In this document: positions 49,401 to 59,278 of the stretch, piece by piece | Numbering within the stretch: position 1 is the first letter of the stretch | Layout of the letters: each line of letters opens with the position of its first letter | DNA from: Octopus vulgaris | Taxonomy: Eukaryota | Direction of reading: 5' to 3' | Assembly: GCA_951406725.2 (NCBI GenBank) | Contig: OX597841.1 | Coordinates: forward strand, 14,136,001-14,200,000 | Length of the DNA: 64,000 bases | The notes under the pieces: model-generated | Told to the model about the DNA's origin: nothing | Databases searched by the model: none | Seen by the model: only the letters and a program-made list of their open reading frames with translations | Position numbers and translations under genes: made by a program

Positions 49401-50555
49401 TCAACTTTCCTTTTTGCCCTCACCTCCACCCCACCCTTGGCCCCTATTTTTCCATCACTGACCACATTCACATGTAGCCATGCATGTATCGAGGCAGGTT
49501 TCTTTTTTTTTTTTCTCTACAACTGGATGCCCTTCCTGTCACCAACTTTTCTTGTTTCTTCCAAGCCAAGCAATATTCCTATCCCCCCCCCCCCCATAGC
49601 CAGACATGTTTTCACAGAATATCAGAAATGAACGGCATTCATTTATGGCACATTTTGCAATGCCTCAAGGAGGCACACACACTCACGTATGCACTCACAC
49701 ACCTCTATGCATGAGAGGTTTCAGAACAGTTTCTGTCTGCTAAATTTCACTGTCAAGCTTTCAGTCAACCCAATGCTAGAAGTAAAAGAGACTTTCCAGT
49801 GGGTCCGTCCATGGGATTGAACCGAAAACCATGTTGTTGCATGCCACACAACCATTGTTGCCATCATGGTGCCTGGTTGTACTCGAGAAGACCCCTACTC
49901 CATGACAGAAGTGTTAAGAGTGGTCCCTCTGGTAGTGTAAAGCACTCATGGTGGTGCCATGTAAAGGCACCCGTGCAGTTCCATGGTGCCCATGTGGTAC
50001 CACATAAAAGCACCCATCTGGAGCCACGTAAAAGTGTCCGTGCAGTGCCACGTAAAAGCATCCGTGCTGTACCATGTAAAAGCGTCTGTGCGGTGCCACG
50101 TAGAAGCGTCTGTGCGGTGCCACGTAGAAGCGTCCGTGTGGTGCCACGTAAAAGCGTCTGTGCGGCACCACATAAAAGCGTACGTGTAGAGCCACGTAAA
50201 AGCGTCTGTGTGGTGTCACGTAAAAACGTCCATGCGGTGCCACATAAAAGCACCTGTGCAATGTTGCACAAAAGCCCCTGTGTAGGTTCTCCCGTCAGAT
50301 GACGCCATAGCACAACTTCCTTCTGACTTTCTTGTTGTGCTTTTTTTTTTTTTACGGCTGGGATATTGGGGGCAGTATACTGTTGCCTTCTGCAATTGGA
50401 TGTTTGATGGTCATTGGCTCCAAGTGACTCATCTGCCCTTCGATGCGTCTTTTTTTTTTTTTAGTCCTGCAGGTTCTCCAGACACCCTCCTTACAACAGT
50501 AGCCAACCACACAAGTATAATAGATAAGAGAGAGAAGCATGGTGATTTACAATGA
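21119..50555 (+). CDS. ZNF280/POGZ-like: ZNF280/POGZ-family C2H2 zinc-finger protein gene (14 coding exons, about 831 aa by manual splicing)
   Basis: Exons join in consistent phase at GT-AG sites. Motifs LMMECEEDDLSPWQ, DEYYYGKMEG, FKCWYCSKMLYNN..HMQGH, CKHCYKQFDTPFEMQTHIE, EMPYICQMCNFRSS and CIECK..GHFRKYIECSMCRFATSCSTAYATHM parallel the vertebrate ZNF280/POGZ zinc-finger region in order. The terminal exon is less certain. Confidence 0.9.
25107..25932 (+). mobile_element. tRNA-derived SINE family B, head-to-tail trimer
   Basis: ggcggtgaactggc...gagttcaaattcc head; gtcgactttgcctttcatcctttcggggtcg core present three times. Confidence 0.8.
25461..25679. mobile_element. piggyBac-type MITE (TTAA target, CCCTTTAG...CTAAAGGG ends) inserted in a SINE
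   Basis: The SINE consensus atcgacTTAAtccg is split and TTAA is duplicated on both sides. Confidence 0.85.
25980..26196 (+). CDS. Coding exon 2 (IMAKIKGPY...MECEEDDLSPWQ...TTPA)
   Basis: cttccacag acceptor; T|gtaagt donor (phase 1); contains the ZNF280/POGZ N-terminal motif. Confidence 0.9.
26879..26988 (+). CDS. Coding exon 3 (SLPRSKSPDVIIVGE...QLLK)
   Basis: tctttcag acceptor; AAG|gtaagt donor; phase 1 to 0. Confidence 0.85.
27777..28170 (+). mobile_element. SINE family A
   Basis: Full head-to-tail match. Confidence 0.85.
28260..28389 (+). CDS. Coding exon 4 (SQLHANQLQR...QMRKP)
   Basis: tccttccag acceptor; G|gtaagt donor; phase 0 to 1; open frame. Confidence 0.85.
28490..29300. repeat. 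Compound (GTCT)n/(CTAG)n tetranucleotide array
   Basis: Direct inspection. Confidence 0.95.
29956..30258 (+). CDS. Coding exon 5 (GENSSLSQQ...poly-N...PPKKKVQRK...SSA)
   Basis: ctctcacag acceptor; G|gtcagt donor; phase 1 to 1; SV40-like basic NLS candidate PPKKKVQRK. Confidence 0.85.
31217..31520 (-). mobile_element. tRNA-derived SINE (Arg-like head, resembling octopus OR-type SINEs) nested in a TTAA MITE (31170-31692)
   Basis: A box TGGCCCAGTGG, CTCGCG loop and B box GTTTCGATTCCC on the minus strand; 11-bp TSD aatgcttatat. Confidence 0.8.
31792..31880 (+). CDS. Coding exon 6 (GNWVPLDEYYYGKMEGDPNYWEEKGEHRFK)
   Basis: ttctttcag acceptor; AAG|gtaggc donor; family D-x-YYG motif. Confidence 0.9.
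33235..33405 (+). CDS. Coding exon 7 (two C2H2 fingers, CWYC...CKHC...HIEK)
   Basis: gttgcag acceptor; AAG|gtaagc donor; phase 0 to 0. Confidence 0.95.
33930..34203 (+). mobile_element. Non-autonomous Helitron, shorter copy of the same family
   Basis: TC start; same body as 54632-55030 minus an internal segment; hairpin plus CTAG|T end. Confidence 0.75.
34288..34467 (+). CDS. Coding exon 8 (CRICEK...HTACEMPYICQMCNFRSS...HFKK)
   Basis: tgaccag acceptor; AAG|gtaagt donor; phase 0 to 0. Confidence 0.95.
35040..35271 (+). CDS. Coding exon 9 (CLYCLK...CPICKLTF...HRKKDH)
   Basis: catttcag acceptor; G|gtgagt donor; phase 0 to 1. Confidence 0.95.
35345..35930. repeat. Degenerate (CAT)n low-complexity tract, intronic
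   Basis: Follows the exon 9 donor; explains the poly-I/H/S/M ORFs. Confidence 0.9.
36166..36376 (+). CDS. Coding exon 10 (GMNAKYTTPDQVMIK...CIECKANMNTAGHF)
   Basis: ccctgcag acceptor; CG|gtaagg donor; phase 1 to 2. Confidence 0.9.
37035..37485 (+). mobile_element. Penelope-like foldback insertion: about 160-bp inverted repeats around a hammerhead
   Basis: Inverted repeat 37035-37194/37273-37435; direct repeat gagtgtaag(tg) at 37026 and 37486 splits an RTE remnant that is contiguous at 53450-53530. Confidence 0.75.
37220..37265 (+). ncRNA. Minimal type-I hammerhead ribozyme motif (U3-A8 core variant)
   Basis: cgcCCG-TTGATAA-GAGA(caataa)TCTC-GAAA-CCGCGG-TC-CGGtgcg; stems I and II pair, stem III is the palindrome ACCGCGGT, GUC cleavage triplet ends at 37258. 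Confidence 0.8.
37885..37935 (+). ncRNA. Hammerhead-like motif (G3-C8 core variant)
   Basis: TTTGTCA-GTGAACA-g-GTCG(11 nt)CGAT-GAAA-ATAT-TT-TGACAAA; 7-bp stem I and AATATT palindrome. Confidence 0.6.
38256..38440 (+). CDS. Coding exon 11 (RKYIECSMCRFATSCSTAYATHMLGFH...CLCGF...NKI)
   Basis: ccttgcag acceptor; G|gtaagt donor; phase 2 to 1. Confidence 0.92.
38860..39020 (-). mobile_element. Third copy of the TA-targeted HHR-bearing short element; ribozyme core decayed (GAAA to AAAA)
   Basis: High similarity to 12243-12400 and 51051-51210; CTGTAGA...GCTC-AAAA-CGTA at 38950-38986. Confidence 0.65.
40124..40219 (+). CDS. Coding exon 12 (ANHMVYCIKKTC...EVDDVDEESN)
   Basis: ctcctcag acceptor; T|gtgagt donor; phase 1 to 1; completes the CxC...H...C finger. 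Confidence 0.85.
44869..45248 (+). mobile_element. SINE family A
   Basis: Full head-to-tail match. Confidence 0.85.
47243..47636. repeat. 25-bp tandem array (attaaggctaccattggtttcatgc), about 12 copies, plus one inverted copy
   Basis: Array at 47255-47553; inverted unit at 47604-47636. Confidence 0.9.
48129..48209 (+). CDS. Coding exon 13 (YDDPCRRPGASILDVLGLVKKQTLLPG)
   Basis: ccttccatcag acceptor; A|gtaagt donor; phase 1 to 1; non-repetitive island. Confidence 0.75.
49950..50280. repeat. 24-bp degenerate minisatellite (gtgccacgtaaaagcgtccgtgcg)
   Basis: About 13 units; motif shared with the SINE family C internal segment. Confidence 0.85.
50473..50555 (+). CDS. Probable terminal coding exon (SSPDTLLTT...HGDLQ*)
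   Basis: poly-T plus cctgcag acceptor; phase-1 frame open to TGA; AATAAA at 50708-50713. Confidence 0.5.
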
Positions 50556-51146
50556 GCATTTCATAAAAAAATTTTTTTGACGTGGCTGAACTTACTAATT
50601 GAAATAGGTGTTAAATATTTGGTGAAAACAAGGTCTGTAAATTTTAAAATGTGCTGCAAACAGTTGACAGCATATTTTGAGGGGAAAAAATCTTGATAAA
50701 GTAGATTAATAAAATGTATAAGAGGTACGTGTGCATGGAAGAAGGGAGAAGGAGAAATACATACAGAATCATAGTTGATAGAGAGGACGGAGGTGTATAG
50801 CTGTGGAATTAAGTTTTATGGAGAAAAATGAGTGTATATTGGTGAGGAGTGTGAAAAAGAAGAATATAGTGTAAAGATGACTGCTCTGTAAGAAGCTGTA
50901 TAGTAACACTTACTGAAGTGGGATAGAAAAGTGAAAACGTTTTTTGGCTTTAATAAACAGTATTCAAGTACTATTTTTTATGCCTTGTTTGTGTTTCTGT
51001 GCTTACTTGTGTGTTTGTGTATACGTATATATATATATATATATATATAACGGGAAGGTTTACGAAAATAAACAAACGACGAAGGCAGGTGGAGTACAAA
51101 CAAACAATTGTATTAGTATGGCGCTCAGGAATAGAAATAGAACAAG

Positions 51147-51184
51147 TCTTTTACGTTTCGAGCCTATGCTCTTCGACAGAAAGA
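51147..51184 (-). ncRNA. Hammerhead-like motif, CUGUCGA (A6U) family
   Basis: Minus strand reads TCTTT-CTGTCGA-a-GAGC(atag)GCTC-GAAA-CGTA-AAAGA. Confidence 0.6.
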
Positions 51185-52108
51185 TACACAGAAAAAAATG
51201 AGAGAAAAAAAATTGCATGTAGGAGCTAACGATCTATCATATGAGGGAATATTATTCCAAACTTACAGGGAAAAATTCAATCTAGAAATACTAAATCAAA
51301 TTTCACAAAATTAGATCTGTAATTTAAATAAAAAGGATATTTGCATATGAGTGATTAAATGTCTTGCACAGATTCAGACCGGACAAAGATTCTGGATTAT
51401 TTTTTTGTTATATTAACTTTAGATGAAGTCTTTCAAATCTTTCTCTGATTATCTCCCTTATACATTATACATACATGCAAACACTTTACAGTCTACTTCC
51501 ATAGATACATAATTCTATACATTGATCTAAAACAACAGAGTTACTAAAGGAAGGCCAGAATTTAAGAGAAGAGATAAGCGTTGGTGTTGCCATGGCAGAG
51601 GTTTGCGCTCTCTGAGTGGCCTTGTCATTAATGAAATGTGTGTAAGATGATACACCTAAACAATTTATAAAAACTCTCCTGATTACACACACACACGCGC
51701 ACACACTGTTATCGCAACTGTCTGGCAAATGGTCTCATGAAAATCTGAGTTACAGTTTGTGAAAACGTTTTTTGGCTTTAATAAACAGTATTCAAGTACT
51801 ATTTTTTATGCCTTTTTTGTGTTTCTGTGCTTACTTGTGTGTGTGTGTGTGTGTGTATACATATATATAAAATATGAGGGAATATTATTCCAAACTTACA
51901 GGGAAAAATTCAATCTAGAAATACTAAATCAAATTTCACAAAATATATATATAAATTAGTAAAAAAACACCTTTTATCAATTCAATAATGAAAAATTAAA
52001 TTATACCATTTAGAAAAATTACAATAATAATAATATATAATATGAATTTTTCTAAATGGTATAATTTCATTTTTCATTATTGAATTGATAAAAGGTGTTT
52101 TTTTTCTA

Positions 52109-52151
<43 letters not shown>

Positions 52152-53449
52152 AACACAAGAAGAGTGGTGGCAGTGACTTTGAACTTTTGGCTTGCTAGCT
52201 TCCATCAGACTCTTTGACAATCTGGCATCGTGTAGCAGTCTGAAACTTTGGAATTCTGTCTCAATTCTTCTTGTAAAAGTGTAATAGATTTGTATTTTAC
52301 AAAATATTTCAGTAATTCTTCAATTTAATGAAAAGTTATTTCTCTTACAACTCAACGTAAAAACAAACATACACACACACACACATATATATAGAAAGCT
52401 TCATAATTTAAAAAATTTTTTCCCTCCTGAATCGTAGTGAAAAATATAGAAAGAAAATGCACAGAAATTTTGTTGGACAAAATTTATATATTTTTTATGA
52501 AATAAAATATTTACAGAGTCAACCTGTTTCGCTTGTGCTAATCATAACAAGTTAGTGATAATGTTACTATTTCATGCTTTCATAAGAAGTTTTCATTCTG
52601 TGTTAGTAGAAGGAATACTACATTGTGTGTATATACATACATATATATCATGCACACACACACACATATGGACAGGCAAGGAAACTGTAACTGGCAAAAT
52701 ATTATTTTAATTATATTACATATATATATATATTCACTGAACATGTTCTTCCAGTCTCTTCACTGAAGATAGCCTTCAACCGAAGTACTGCATTGAAATT
52801 TCTATTTTATTAAATTTCAGGTGTCTATATATCATAGCTTTTATCTTCTGTCTTTTACTTGTTTGCCACTGGACTGCTGCCATCCTGGGGCACCACCTTG
52901 CACTTCTTTTCCTTTCTTTTGAACCCTTTTTAAAGTGTTATGCTTATGTCAGTCTGTTTCACCAAGCTTCTGAGTTACAGTGATGGCGGCTCAACTGCAC
53001 ATTCACACACACACACACACACACGCATATAAATGGTGGGATTTCACAGTTTCCCTCTACCAAAATCACTTACGAAGTATTGGTTTACCTGGCCTTGGGT
53101 TATAATAGAAAACACTTGTCCAAATTTTCACAGTGAGACGTGAACCTGAAGCCTTGGTGTTTGCAGGAAAACAAGCTTCTTACCCACACACACCTCTGTG
53201 TGTGTATGCACTCACCCAACACACAGGTAGTGCAGTGCCCTTGTACCAGTGCCACATAAAAAGCACTTATGGCAATTCCACATAAAGGTGCCTGTGTGGT
53301 GCCATGTAAAACCACCCAGCACACACTGGCTGTGTGGTAAGTAGCTTGTTTACCAACCACATGGTTCTGGGTTCAGCCCCACTGCGTAGCACCTTGGGCA
53401 AGTGTCTTCTACTATAGCTTCGGGCCGACCAAAGCCTTGTGCGTAATTT

Positions 53450-53760
53450 CAGTGTGCATGCACGACAGAGTGTAAATGGTTTAAGAAAAATATTGGGTAT
53501 AAGAGACATCAGAAGTTGTGTGCAAGAGAGGAGACTGCGATGGTTTGGTCATGTGATGCGTATGGATGAGGACAGGTGTGTAAAGAAGTGCTGAGCTCTG
53601 GTTGTGGAGGATACCTGTGGAAGGGGTAGAACCAGGAAGGTGTGGGACAAAGTGGCGAGAAAAGATCTTTGGATGGTGGGCCTCACTGAAGAAATTCAAG
53701 AAAAGCCTGGTGGATTCAAGCAGGGATGTGTACTGAGTGAAAGCTAAATGTGTCCACCTC
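53450..53760 (+). mobile_element. RTE-clade LINE 3' fragment
   Basis: RLRWFGHVMRMDEDRCVKKC...GRGRTRKVW. Confidence 0.8.
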
Positions 53761-53949
53761 TTGTCTGTGAACCTTGTGACATGTCTGGTCCAGCAGGACT
53801 TGTGCTTTTGGTACTCTGCAATCGAATCATTCACTCTGCTCCATTCTTGAATTATTTCATTTTAAATACAATCTCTTAAGGATATTCCCATGATGGATCT
53901 TTGTATTGTAGCCAATCAATGTTCTATCCTCTTCATACTTGCCTATGGC

Positions 53950-54385
53950 TAGTTAAGTTAAGTTAAGTTAATTTTTTGGCTCAAAAAGCAAAAAGCAAGG
54001 CCATGTAGGGGGACATGGAGTTATGTACAGGGTAGTGTTCATGTAAAGAGTTCAGGCCATTTGTGGTCAAGGGAGACTTTGAACCGAGTGGTCGTCGGCA
54101 TCTTCACCATCTCGTCCAGCAGCTTATTCCACGGATCCGCAACCCGGACGGAGAAAGCTCCTCTCCTTCGATTGAGATGAAATCGTCACAGATAGAGCTT
54201 TTCGGAATGACCCTGCAGCCAACGCTCTGGAGCAGGAGTGAAGAACAGCTCTTTCGAGAGGTTACACTTTCCGCTTATGATGTTGTGAGCAAGAATGAGA
54301 TCACCACGGCATCGTCGTTTTTCTAGAGAATAAAGATCGAGCATCTTCAGCCTTTCTTCATAAGACAAATGCTTGAGACCAGCTT
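53950..54385 (-). mobile_element. CR1-clade LINE 3' fragment
   Basis: YEERLKMLDLYSLEKRRCRGDLI is the classic CR1 ORF2 C-terminal motif; (TTAAC)n tail. Confidence 0.88.
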
Positions 54386-54631
54386 GCTTATAAGAGCGCT
54401 GGTGGGATGGTAGGATGGTGCTATTGAGGAGTCTGGCACCATTGGAATTGTGTATGGTTGGAGCACATCCTTTATGGAGTTAATATAAACATACAGCAAT
54501 TCCTTGACTATTGCAAGTGTTATGTTCCAAAACCTCCCACAGAAATAATTAAAATCTAAAAAAGTTTATAAATACCTATCGGCCACAGTAACCCGCGATA
54601 TACTGAGGAGTCCACAATATAAATTTACATA

Positions 54632-55030
54632 TCTTTATATATAAAAGTGAAGTTGTGTGTCTGTCTCCTACGATTTAGATTCCTAACTACTCCCACATTT
54701 TGTGGTGCAGTTTAACCAAAACCGGGTATCCTATAGTCGTGATTCATATCGAGCCCTTGTGGGTATTAGCGCGCGTCTACGATGAGTCTACAATTAAAAA
54801 AAAAATTTACCATAATTTTTCCGCATTTTTTATGCATTTTCGCTCGGTTTATATAAGGGAAGTAACTCTCTAAAAATGTATCATTAAATCTCAGAACGTA
54901 AAATGCTACAGTAACCCCCTCCCCCTTTGTGGTTAGCCATATTGAGATGGCTGTTATACTTTACATCTCTAAAAATGCTTATATAGTTATTTCCCTTACA
55001 AACCTGAGCAACGCCGGGCGATACTGCTAG
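54632..55030 (+). mobile_element. Non-autonomous Helitron
   Basis: A|TCTTTATATATAAAA 5' end; subterminal hairpin cctgagcaacgccggg; CTAG|T 3' end. Confidence 0.8.
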
Positions 55031-55408
55031 TTTACATATAAACAGAAAAGCTTGTAACGTACTGAATAGCTTTCACCAGTAAATTAATCCTCTTTTTTTA
55101 ACGAAGGCATACATGGGCAAAGCACACGATGCCAATTTCTTTGATGAAAGCATCAGAGCCCAGAGAATTCTGTGAAAATGTCAGACCTAGATTCTACATC
55201 TTCCGTATAAATTGTCTCCCCCCGTCCTGCATCCAATCAAGAACTGCCCTGTCTCCACATCCCCAATTATCTTGCCGTCTCCTGATTGTTACTCGTTAAA
55301 TGTCCTGTATCCCTTTTCTTAATTATACTGTCTCGTCTCCCCCGTTGTTAATTGTTCTGCATTTCCATCCCACTCAATTTCTCTCCTGTCCTATCCACCA
55401 ACCATTAA

Positions 55409-55651
55409 CCCTTTAGCATTCCGATTCCTCTCTCAAATGTAATGCTTATTTACTTACTTACTTTACTTTTACTTGTTTCAGTCATTTGACTGCGGCCATG
55501 CTGGAGCACCGCCTTTAGTTGAGCAAATCGACCCCGGGACTTATTCTTTGTAAGCCCAGTACTTATTCTATCGGACTCTTTTTGCCGAACCGCTAAGTGA
55601 CGGGGACGTAAACACACCAGCATCGGTTGTCAAGCAATGCTAGGGGGACAA

Positions 55652-55698
<47 letters not shown>

Positions 55699-56040
55699 TA
55701 CGACAGGCTTCTTTCAGTTTCCGTCTACCAAATCCACTCACAAGGCTTTGGTCGGCCCGAGGCTATAGGAGAAGACATTTGCCCAAGGTGCCACGCAGTG
55801 GGACTGAACCCGGAACCATGTAGTTCATAAGCAAGCTACTTACCACACAGCCACTCCTGTGCCTTCACATTGTTTTGAATTAATCATGCAAAGACATCGT
55901 AGCATTAAAATTTTGAGGATGTGATTGCTTATTCCTAGAATGACATTGTAGGATAAGTGTGCAAAGCCAAATCCGGCCAGTTTGAACACAGAACAGGTTA
56001 AATATCTGGGCCGGATACGGCCGGTTTAAATGCTAAAGGG
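55409..56040. mobile_element. piggyBac-type TTAA MITE with a nested family-A SINE (55459-55864)
   Basis: TTAA/CCCTTTAG...CTAAAGGG/TTAA termini. Confidence 0.75.
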
Positions 56041-56089
56041 TTAATTGTTGTCCCCTGAATCATTGTCCCCTTTCCTGTCCTGTTTTTTT

Positions 56090-56510
56090 TTCAATCATTA
56101 TTTTGTCCTATTTTGCACTAATTGTCCTGCCCTCTCTTCTCATCATTAATTCTGTCCTCTCTCCCAATCATTGTCCTGTTTCTTAATTATTAATTGTCCT
56201 ATCTTATCCTCACCCCAGCCCCAGTCATTAGCTGCCTTCTCCTGTCTCCCCCTCATTAACTGTCCCTCATTTCCTTTTAATTATTTTGTCCTATTTTGCA
56301 CTAATTGTCCTGCCCTCTCTTCTCATCATTAATTCTGTCCTGTCTCCCAATCATTGTCCTGTCTCTTAATTATTAATTGTCCTATTTTATCCCCACCCCC
56401 AGTCATTAGTTGCCTTCTCCTGTCTCCCCCTCATTAATTGTCCCTTATTTCCTTTTAATTGTTTCGTCCTATTTCACACTCATTAATTGTCCTGCCCTGT
56501 CTTCTAATCA
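56090..56510. repeat. About 183-bp tandem duplication of a ttgtcc-rich low-complexity unit
   Basis: attattttgtcctattttgcactaattgtcc recurs near 56097 and 56280, with a partial third copy. Confidence 0.75.
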
Positions 56511-58479
56511 TTCATTGTTCTGTTCTATTGCGAAGTTGTGTAGCATGGTGGTTAGGGATATTTGGCTCAACATCATAAGGTTGAGAGTTCGATTCCTGGC
56601 AGCACCTTGTGTTCTTGAGCAAGACACTTTATTTTCCATTACTCCAGTCCACTCATCTGCCAAAAACGAGTTGTACCTGTAATTCACAAGGGGCCAGTCT
56701 TGTCACTTTCTGTGTCACACTGAATCTCCCTAAGAACTACAACATTAAGGGTATGTGAGTCTGTGGAGTACTCAGCCACTTGCACATTAATTTCATGAGC
56801 AGGCTGTTCCATTGATCGGATCAACTGGAATCTTCATCATCATAACCAATGCAATGCCTTGAGAACTATGTTAAGGGTACGCATGTCTGTGGAGTACTCA
56901 GCCACTTGCACTTAAATTTCACAAGCAGGCTGTTCCATTGATTGGTTCAACTGGAACCCTCATCGTCATGACCGACGGAGTAGTGCCAGTTCTGTCCCAT
57001 CTCCCAATCAGTGTCCTATCCTGTCCCCACCCTACTCATAAACTGCCCTCATCTCACCCATGTCCCCTATTTCCTTTCTTTCCTTGACCAATACACACCC
57101 CATGTATTGTATCCCAACTAGCCAGCAACGAAGCCTCTATGCACGAGTTTGACCTACTAGAAAGCATAGCTGAATCTCCCTCAAACTACAACACAATATA
57201 GTAAACAGGGAAGGAAGCATTGGGATGATGCATAGCCCTGGACGTTACGAATCTGATGGGGTGGTCACTGCTGGAATGGCCTTCATCATAGGGATTAACA
57301 TCAGCCAACATTATATACCCTGATCATTTTCCACTGCCTTTATTTCGTTTTGTCTCTTTTCCCAGCCACCCTTTGTGTGTGTGTGTGTGTGTGTCTGCCC
57401 AACCTAACCCTGTTTTCTCCACCATACCCTTATGCTATGTATACCACCCGTCTCCCAACCCCATACCCAGGTACCATGTCTCTACTCATTCATTTATTCA
57501 ATTATCTTTGCTATGCTATATACACCCACACACACATACATGCAAGCACACATACATGTTTAATAAGTACGTATATTTGTATACACACACATATACATAC
57601 AGACACACACTAACATTTAATTAGTACATGTATAAATGTCTATATATTTGTGTGTGTGTGTGTATACACACAAATATATATGTAATCACCATCATCATCA
57701 TCGTTTAGCGTCCGCTTTCCATGCTAGCATGGGTTGGACGGTTCGACAGGGGTCTGGGAAGCCGGAAGGCTGCACCAGGCTCCAGCCTGATCTGGCAGAG
57801 TTTCTACAGCTGGATGCCCTTCCTAACGCCAACCACTCCGTGGGTGTAGTGGGTGCTTTTTATGTGCCGCCGGCACAGGTGCCAGGGGAGGCTGGCAATG
57901 GCCACGATCGGTTCGGGATTTTATGAGTCACCGACACAGACGCCAGTCAGGTGGCGCTGGCATCTGCCACGTTTGGATGGTGCTTTTAACGTGTCCATTA
58001 TTCACTATGCTCCATGCTGGTATTGGTAGGGCAATTGAGCAGGATCCAACAGTTGTACTCTGCTCCAGTGTCTGCTCCAGCCTGGTTACCCTTCCTAATA
58101 CCAACCACTTCACATGTTTGCTGGATGCTCTCTTTTTTCATTACACCAGCACTAATAGCTTAGAAGACCAAGATCCTTGTTGGGGCGGTAGAGGACAACG
58201 ATTGGGAGATAGGACAGAACTGGCACTGCTCCGTCAGTCGTGACGATGAGCGTTCCAGTTGATCAAATCAATGGAACAGCCTACTCATGAAATTAACATG
58301 CAAGTGGCTGAGTACGCCACTGACATACATGCCCTTTGAAGACTAAGATCCTCTTAGATTGAATTCAGGTGGGAGTGGGTGTAGAGAGGGAATTGGCTTT
58401 GTGCTGAGAGCAAAGGGGTTCCAAGTATGGAAGAAGTGGTTGAGTGATCAATGTAAAATGTGAATGGAGAGGACAGCAT

Positions 58480-58760
58480 TATGACCAAAAGCTGGATAAT
58501 TATGGACCTACTACCACAGCTGGTAGCAAAAGTTTTTTTTCCCTTGGAGTGAAGGGGCAGTTTGAGCGATGCTTACATTAGCACTGTGATGCTACATGGT
58601 AGTGAGACATGGGCCTTGGATGCAGAGGACTTGAGATGACTGGAAAGAAATGAAGTGAGCATGGTTCATTCGATGTGCACAAAAGACATTAGGAATGTTT
58701 TGAGAGAAAAACTAGACTCTAAAAGGAATCAGGTGTGGTGGGCAAGAAAGGAAACTGCAC
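58480..58760 (+). mobile_element. Degenerate RTE LINE fragment
   Basis: MLHGSETWAL...LERNEVSMV motif. Confidence 0.65.
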
Positions 58761-59230
58761 CCAGTCCACTCTGTAAAGTGGTTGGTGTTAGGAAGGGCAT
58801 CCAGCTGTAGAAACCATGAGAAAGCAGACATTGGAGCCTGGTGCTGGCCCCTGGAGCGTTAGATTCTGGCGCATGCCAACATGGAAGACAGATATTAAAC
58901 GGTGACGATTATGATGATTTCTATTTAGACATGCATACACACACTTATGTATGTATAAAAATATACAGACACGCATGTATATAAATATGTGCAGACATAT
59001 ACTGACAAAAATGTATGTGTGTGTGTGTGTATATATATATATACACACACACACATCATACACAAACACATATATATTGCGAGATACAAACAAGATGATA
59101 TCTGCTTTTTATGGATACCTTATCCAATTTCTGCTGTTTTATCAGCATTTATGTGTTTGAAAATAAAATTATCATCCTGTTTGTATCTCGCAACACACAT
59201 TTCAATGCTCATAAAAACAAACATTTATTG

Positions 59231-59278
<48 letters not shown>

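Noticed and set aside
49799-50313. Basic Cys/Arg-rich repeat ORFs (VRAVPRKS)
   Set aside because: Translation of a 24-bp SINE-derived minisatellite in an intron
52759-52797. ttca-CTGAAGA...GAAG...tgaa hammerhead-like string
   Set aside because: GAAA mutated and stem II broken; cannot be distinguished from chance
55138-55185. tct-TTGATGA...GAAA-ATG-TC-aga
   Set aside because: U3-G8 mismatch and poorly defined stem II
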